From assembly GCA_002269645.1 (NCBI GenBank), contig NIVC01003338.1, forward strand, positions 33,640 to 97,639: DNA of 64,000 nucleotides, given 5' to 3'. Source of the stretch: Macrostomum lignano. Its lineage: Eukaryota. Shown here one piece after another: positions 56,786 through 64,000 of this stretch (its first letter is position 1; the number at the start of each line of letters is the position of its first letter). A program made the translations under genes and the position numbers. The notes beneath the pieces were generated by a model. That model was not told the DNA's origin. It made no database searches and worked only from the letters and a program-made list of their open reading frames with translations.

Positions 56786-57724
56786 TTCGCGCCTCCTCCA
56801 GTCTACTCAAGCTTTTTTGTCGCTGTCTGTGTATACGTGTTCCAGAAAAAGTTATTGTGAAAATTTGTTAGGAACAATATAATTGCTTTTTTTATTATTT
56901 TCCTCCGTTGCGTATTTCCTTGTGGCAGAGGGGGGATTTGGGTGAGACTCTCTGCATATTTTTTCAGTTGTTGCAGAAAGAACACAGAAAAGTTTTAAAG
57001 GTCTTGAGAACTTTTTACTATAATTTTTTGTCATTTTTCAAACTGTCGAAAGATTTTTGCCGTTTGTTTATTCTGTTTGGCCTCAGCTTTTGTTGCAAAG
57101 CTCATGAGAAGGAAATTTTCATTTTTCCAGCACGAAAGCTGCCTGCATGGTGGCTGGTGCTCAAACTCATCAGGCGCAAATGGGGCAAACTGGCTCAATC
57201 ACAGCTCTTGCGAGATACAAAAACTTAGTGACAGAAATGGCAATTTTTGCAAAGCCGTGAAAGTTTTCTTTTGGAGTTCTGGAGTAAAAGCTGAGCCTGA
57301 TTATTAGAACTTGAAGACGGCAGTCCGCGGTGTTGGCGACCAATGCGTTGTATTTGTAGCTGCACTTCAATACCTTTTCACTGTTTAATTCGTGTGAACT
57401 TTGTTGAAAGGCTCGCTGAAGTTTCAGCAGGTGTTTCTCGTCTAATCAGTCCGACTCGCTCGTCCCACGTTTTTGTCTTTTGAATTTTATTTGACTGAAA
57501 ACTTTTCTGTCGTGAGTCCTGCAGCTCGATTCACCACGGCTGCCCGGCAACTGAGTTTTGTGTCTCTATACTCGTGCAGATTAAATAAATTTGCTTCTCA
57601 AATCCATCAGACCTGATTCAGAGCGATTATAGAGTCTGAAACACAACTGAAAAAGCTTTCTGACTTCAACTTTTATTGAAAAATGCTTCACAATGGCTTA
57701 TTGGGACATGGCTCTTGTGAAGAG

Positions 57725-58158
57725 AGGATCCGCCAGTCCCGGGTGAGGAATCCGCCAGTCCCGAGTGAGGAATCCGCCAGTCCCGGGTGAGGAATCCGCC
57801 AGTCCCGGGTGAGGAATCCGCCAGTCCCGGGTGAGGAATCCGCCAGTCCCGGGTGAGGAATCCGCCAGTCCCGGGTGAGGAATCCGCCAGTCCCGGGTGA
57901 GGAATCCGCCAGTCCCGGGTGAGGAATCCGCCAGTCCCGGGTGAGGAATCCGCCAGTCCCGGGTGAGGAATCCGCCAGTCCCGGGTGAGGAATCCGCCAG
58001 TCCCGAGTTAGGAATCCGCCAGTCCCGGGTGAGGAATCCGCCAGTCCCGGGTGAGGAATCCGCCAGTCCCGGGTGAGGAATCCGCCAGTCCCGGGTGAGG
58101 AATCCGCCAGTCCCGGGTGAGGAATCCGCCAGTCCCGGGTGAGGAATCCGCCAGTCCA
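57725..58158. repeat. Minisatellite, 22-bp unit gaggaatccgccagtcccgggt
   Basis: About 19 near-perfect copies. Confidence 0.95.
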
Positions 58159-58797
58159 AAAGGAAGAATCCGCCAGAGAAATAAAAATTCTCTTAATTAG
58201 TTCGGATAAATTAGGCAGGTTAGTGGCAGGTGCAAGCGCTAACAACTCAGAGCTTTTCAGCCAAGCTGCCACCTGCACCTACTTGTTATCCGCACTTGTC
58301 TCCAGTGGATGCTGTGGTCTCTCTGCTCAGCATTTGGAACAATTTCGTGGGAACTGAGTCAATGCGATAAACCTCTAACATGACAGACGCGGATGATTGA
58401 CAGTGTGAACTCTTGACATCTGTCACACCGGCTGCAATCCACATGCCATTCCTGGCACTACAGAAAACATCATTGATCAGAAAACAACATCAATTATATT
58501 AGGGTAGAAACTGCTCACATTACTTTGCACGTATGTATGGTTCTACAGTACTCAATGTATGATTATCTTTGGAGCCCGGCGCGAGCTCAGATGACAAATT
58601 CTTTCAATTTTTCCTACAGTGGAAAACGACCTATGAACGTAGAAGCTCGAATCCCGAGTGATTGCGTAATGACTGAAGCAGAGCGTGAAGGACGAAGGCC
58701 GCATTCATTTGAGGCAATTGTGCCCGAAAATTTGTCGATGGGTTGTCGTGGGTAAACCACCATTGAGGGCCATCCTCCCCACAAGCACAGAGAACGT

Positions 58798-59428
58798 ACA
58801 AGCCTGACGATTAGAAAGTCACAAGCCTGACGATTAGAAAGTCACAAGCCTGACGATTAGAAAGTCACAAGCCTGACGATTAGAAAGTCACAAGCCTGAC
58901 GATTAGAAAGTCACAAGCCTGACGATTAGAAAGTCACAAGCCTGACGATTAGAAAGTCACAAGCCTGACGATTAGAAAGTCACAAGCCTGACGATTAGAA
59001 AGTCACAAGCCTGACGATTAGAAAGTCACAAGCCTGACGATTAGAAAGTCACAAGCCTGACGATTAGAAAGTCACAAGCCTGACGATTAGAAAGTCACAA
59101 GCCTGACGATTAGAAAGTCACAAGCCTGACGATTAGAAAGTCACAAGCCTGACGATTAGAAAGTCACAAGCCTGACGATTAGAAAGTCACAAGCCGGACG
59201 ATTAGAAAGTCACAAGTCTGACGATTAGAAAGTCACAAACCTGACGATTAGAAAGTCACAAGCCTGACGATTAGAAAGTCACAAGCCTGACGATTAGAAA
59301 TTCACAAGCCTGACGATTAGAAAGTCACAAGCCTGACAATAAGAAAGTCACAAGCCTGACGATTAGAAAGTCACAAGCCTGACGATTAGAAAGTCACAAG
59401 CCTGACAATTAGAAAGTCACAAGCCTGA
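58798..59428. repeat. Minisatellite, 23-bp unit caagcctgacgattagaaagtca
   Basis: About 27 near-perfect copies. Confidence 0.95.
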
Positions 59429-59847
59429 AGGCGTTGTGCCAGGGTGCATACAGCCCTTACTGCAAATATCTAGATATTATCATTAGTATTGATAAAAGCA
59501 AACTAACTCATGATGCATAGCACGAGCTACCTTCAGTTGATTCTCTGCTTTTGGACCCAAGATCAACTCCAAGTCACGTTCTGTACAGCAGCCCCGATTT
59601 CCCCGTCATCAACGTACGCCCGAATCGCACAAGCCTCAGGCCAGGATTTCGCTGACCCACGAATCAACGTAGCCGCGCTCGAAAATTTGCCCACCCTGTT
59701 GCATTGCGGATGCCGCTCGTGAGGCTCTGCAGAAAGCTCTGCTCCCCTCCAACCGACCAATCGCAGAGAAGATTGTATAGCAAGAAAAAGATATATACGT
59801 GAACACCTGCTTGCATCCATCAGCGACCGTGTTATCGCAGTAAACGC

Positions 59848-61218
59848 ATGATGACCTACACAGCTTGCTTCATCCTGATGGCTGTGGCAGCCGCAGGTGC
59901 AACCAGCAGCTCCGGTACCAGCACCAAGGTTGTTTTTCAAAAAGTATCCAAATGCCCAACTGACAGCTCAAGCCTCATCCAGCTGAGACGCCTCGAAGGC
60001 CTTCGAGACCTTCGGGCCTGCTTTATCGAGTGCGCCTCCGACAAAAGCTGCTCCGTGCTGCACAGAGCTTTGGACCTGGACTCCGTGTGCTACTTCGGTA
60101 CCGCTGAGCAGCTGGGAACTCTGTTTGTGGAGTCTGCGGCACCTGGGTGCGTCAGCCACGTCAGGATCTCAAACTGGACTACCGGAGACCAAGGAACCAC
60201 AGCAGCTTCTGGGGCGTCCGATGCTTCAATGGTAACAACCGCTCCGACAACAACCTCTCCGACAACAACCTCTCCGACAACAACCTCTCCGACAACAACC
60301 GCTCCGACAACAACCGCTCCGACAACAACCACTCCGACAACCTCTCCGACAACAGCCTCTCCGACAACAACCGCTCCGACAACAACCGCTCCGACAACAA
60401 CCGCTCCGACAACAACCGCTCCGACAACCTCTCCGACAACAGCCTCTCCGACAACAACCGCTCTGACAACAACCGCTCCGAGTATGACCTCTCCAGACAC
60501 TGTGAATGCAGCAAAGTCTGCTACATCTGCGGCTACTGCCGTCAGCCTCAGCTCCGCCCTGCTCTCGAAGCTACTCATCCTGTTCGACTTCCGCAAAGGA
60601 TTCAAAAACGTCGTCGATCCCTCAAAGTACGTAGCGACTCCTCGAGGCTCGATAACCAGAGACGAACGAGGCGCCCACTTTCCCGGAGGCAGCTCTAACT
60701 TCATCGATGTCGACACAGACGGCGGCGCTCTCGGCACCAACTACCTGGACCATCCGAGGAACTTCACCTTCTTCGCCAGGGTGATCAGACGCACCTACTA
60801 CCAGCAGAGCTACCACTTCTTCCACGACTGCTCGGGTGTCTTCGTTGGAAGGTTCGGGGACCGCGGGGGCCGGCTGTGGGTGGAGCACCCGTTTCCCAGC
60901 CAGTCAACGTGGCCCAACTATCAGCAAACTCGCCAGTCCAGCGCGGCTCCGCTTTCAACCAGCAACGTTGCTCAGCTCGTGTCGTCCGCAGCCGTGTTCA
61001 CCGGGAAGAGCCTCAGCACCTTCTACCTGAACCAGTCATTTCTGGCCGCTGACGCAGACCTGGAGTGGAGTAAGACAAAGGCGCCTCGGTGCCTGAGACT
61101 CGGCTTTGACAGCAACTCTGAATACGTCCTCAGAGGCCGAATGGTTTGCTACGCAACTGCGAAGGCGGCTCTTGGCCTCTCGGAGCTGCGCGAGCTGGAG
61201 AACTTTTGCGCTAATTGA
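59848..61218 (+). CDS. Intronless putative secreted protein: signal peptide, PAN/apple-like Cys domain, Thr/Pro mucin stalk, and a C-terminal ConA/LamG-like domain (456 aa)
   Basis: Uninterrupted 456-aa ORF. Hydrophobic N-terminus MMTYTACFILMAVAAAGA. Cys pattern C..(CFIEC)..C..CYFG..C. TT(A/S)PT repeats. C-terminal region LLILFDF..GAHFPG..NFTFFARV..FYLN..LRLG..LRGRMVC..LSELREL resembles a jelly-roll lectin domain. Domain labels are pattern-based. Confidence 0.75.
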   Translation: MMTYTACFILMAVAAAGATSSSGTSTKVVFQKVSKCPTDSSSLIQLRRLEGLRDLRACFIECASDKSCSVLHRALDLDSVCYFGTAEQLGTLFVESAAPGCVSHVRISNWTTGDQGTTAASGASDASMVTTAPTTTSPTTTSPTTTSPTTTAPTTTAPTTTTPTTSPTTASPTTTAPTTTAPTTTAPTTTAPTTSPTTASPTTTALTTTAPSMTSPDTVNAAKSATSAATAVSLSSALLSKLLILFDFRKGFKNVVDPSKYVATPRGSITRDERGAHFPGGSSNFIDVDTDGGALGTNYLDHPRNFTFFARVIRRTYYQQSYHFFHDCSGVFVGRFGDRGGRLWVEHPFPSQSTWPNYQQTRQSSAAPLSTSNVAQLVSSAAVFTGKSLSTFYLNQSFLAADADLEWSKTKAPRCLRLGFDSNSEYVLRGRMVCYATAKAALGLSELRELENFCAN

Positions 61219-61644
61219 AGAAATCAATGCGTGGTTTTTTCATGACAGCCCGATAGGAATTTTGACTGTTGGTCTTAATCAAACCTAAAGTTTTAACAAT
61301 GGGCCTCCCGCTGGCAGCACAGCTGCACGAGTCTCAAATAAACTCGAAGAAATTCTAATCGATTTCTGTTGCCACATCAACACCTTGGTGTCGCATATGC
61401 TGCAGCAGCTGCAGAAAATGGCTTTAAGGCTTTTTGATATTTAGCAATGTACCTAAGTTGGAAAATAAAACAGCAAGACGCTCCGTTACACTTCGTTACC
61501 TGCTGATCATGTAGCCGGCGAAACCTTTGATCGATTTTGACCATAGACAACAGAGTGTGACCACAGAATGCACGGAATGATGAAATTCTACGAGCTACTT
61601 CTTAGCAAAGCTTTTAATAAGACTCTTATTGGTAGGCAGAAAGA

Positions 61645-61912
61645 CAAACAGACCACTAAGACAAACAGACCACTAAGACAGACAGACCACTAAGACAAAC
61701 AGACCACTAAGACAAACAGACCACTAAGACAAACAGACCACTAAGACAAACAGACTACTAAGACAGACAGACCACTAAGACAAACAGACCACTAAGACAA
61801 ACAGACCACTAAGACAAACAGACCACTAAGACAAACAGACTACTAAGACAGACAGACCACTAAGACAAACAGACTACTAAGACAAACTGACCACTAAGAC
61901 AAACAGACAAAC
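61645..61912. repeat. Minisatellite, 17-bp unit gacaaacagaccactaa
   Basis: About 15 copies. Confidence 0.92.
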
Positions 61913-62035
61913 AGGTATCTAGGTATGCGATCGGTTTCAGAAAAAACGGCCAAAGCTGGCAGCACAGCACAGGTCATCCCCAAAGCCACCCACAGCTTGC
62001 ACGAGTCTAGAATAATCTCTAATAAATTCTGACAA

Positions 62036-63019
<984 letters not shown>

Positions 63020-64000
63020 ATATCTATCTGACCCAGCAAACTCATGAATTTGCCTCTGCCTTGACTATGCGTTGCAATCAAATTTCATGGGCATATTTTA
63101 CTCCAGCAGTTATTGACTGCTTCGCAGGGCTTTCTAGAATTTAGACAAGTCATTTTAGCTCTTAGAAAATAGTATATCCAATCTTCATTTATCCATTTTC
63201 CACTGTTTGTCAATTTCCGCACTAAATTTACTTTGCGGAACCTGATCTGGATACTGCAGTTGCCACCCATGCAGTCTTATAACGAATTGTAGATAAAATT
63301 GTGCAAATTCCATTAGAATTAAGAGTCAGTTTTTCCCAATCCAAACCCAGGTTAGGCTTTACTATTTGAGCAAAATTCAGATCCGGTTGGGAAACTCAAA
63401 CAAGCAATCTAAATTCATAGCAGCTACCTTACTAATTGTGAGAGTTGGCCTCCGGCATCTGGCTGGTGCGACATGCAAACACGGACCATGGCAACTGCAA
63501 ACTCTGATATTTAACACCAAAGTGGAGAATCTGTCCTTAATTGAATTTAAAGTAGAGACTGCTAAATGTTTAACCACATTTGGCTAATCATTTTTTACTC
63601 GTCAGTCAATAAACGCTTGATATTCTGATAAGCTCTCCGATATTTCGTATATTCCTGCTCTCTGATTGGAAATCAACGTCTTCATTGGTTACATGGATTC
63701 GTTGCCTAAACGGCACGGGGACCCTGCGAAACGCTGTGGCTCATTGGAGAGTTGCTGAGATGCCAAGGCTCCTGGGGGGATTGCTGATAGTTCAGGGCTT
63801 ACGGAGCTGCTTAAATGTTGAGGCTGAAGGTTTATACGGGAGTTGCTAAGATGCTAAGACTCACGTATAGTGTTAGGATTAGGGTTTAGGCCGGGTCAGT
63901 TTTGGGGTTAGGTTTAGGGTTCAAATCATAGAATCTACCTATGAAATCTACCTACCAAACGCCTACTCTTCTGATATACTAAAATATACTAAAGTATACT

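Noticed and set aside
58620-58755. Possible extra muscleblind exon after the strong acceptor ttcctacag (also acceptors at about 53812 and 54568)
   Set aside because: The phase-1 joins give only short non-conserved peptides. The 52274 acceptor is closer, stronger and gives the FVPTS-F continuation. This cannot be excluded without transcripts.
63875-63922. TTAGGG-like words near the window end
   Set aside because: Only two or three scattered degenerate copies, not a telomeric tract.

Overview
Eukaryotic (invertebrate) genomic DNA. GC-rich exons and introns filled with unrelated minisatellites resemble the flatworm Macrostomum, but that is an inference. Five host genes were reconstructed by hand from splice signals: (1) a 2-exon calmodulin/myosin-light-chain-like EF-hand gene (143-1174, +); (2) a complete 10-exon TBL1X/TBL1XR1 (ebi) gene (3347-9199, -); (3) a 3-exon PPM1A/B phosphatase (21998-26411, +); (4) a muscleblind/MBNL gene with two CCCH fingers (30906-52440, +); (5) an intronless secreted PAN-like/mucin/LamG-like protein (59848-61218, +). 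An AT-rich island of about 12.7 kb between TBL1X and PPM1 carries three full 8-bp-TSD MITEs, a full-length piggyBac with one nonsense codon and a foldback element; the MITE copies show CpG-decay signatures. Muscleblind intron 1 holds a full-length, TSD-flanked LOA-like non-LTR retrotransposon. The most notable observations are a complete HDV-like ribozyme fold in that retrotransposon's 5' UTR, and a minisatellite-built array of about 30 YGCY (MBNL-binding) motifs in a 490-nt AG-free zone just upstream of the last muscleblind acceptor, together with tandemly multiplied 5' splice sites, which suggests a repeat-built autoregulatory splicing switch. About 30 tandem-repeat arrays are present. No rRNA, tRNA or CRISPR was found. 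All coordinates were read by eye, and repeat edges are approximate.
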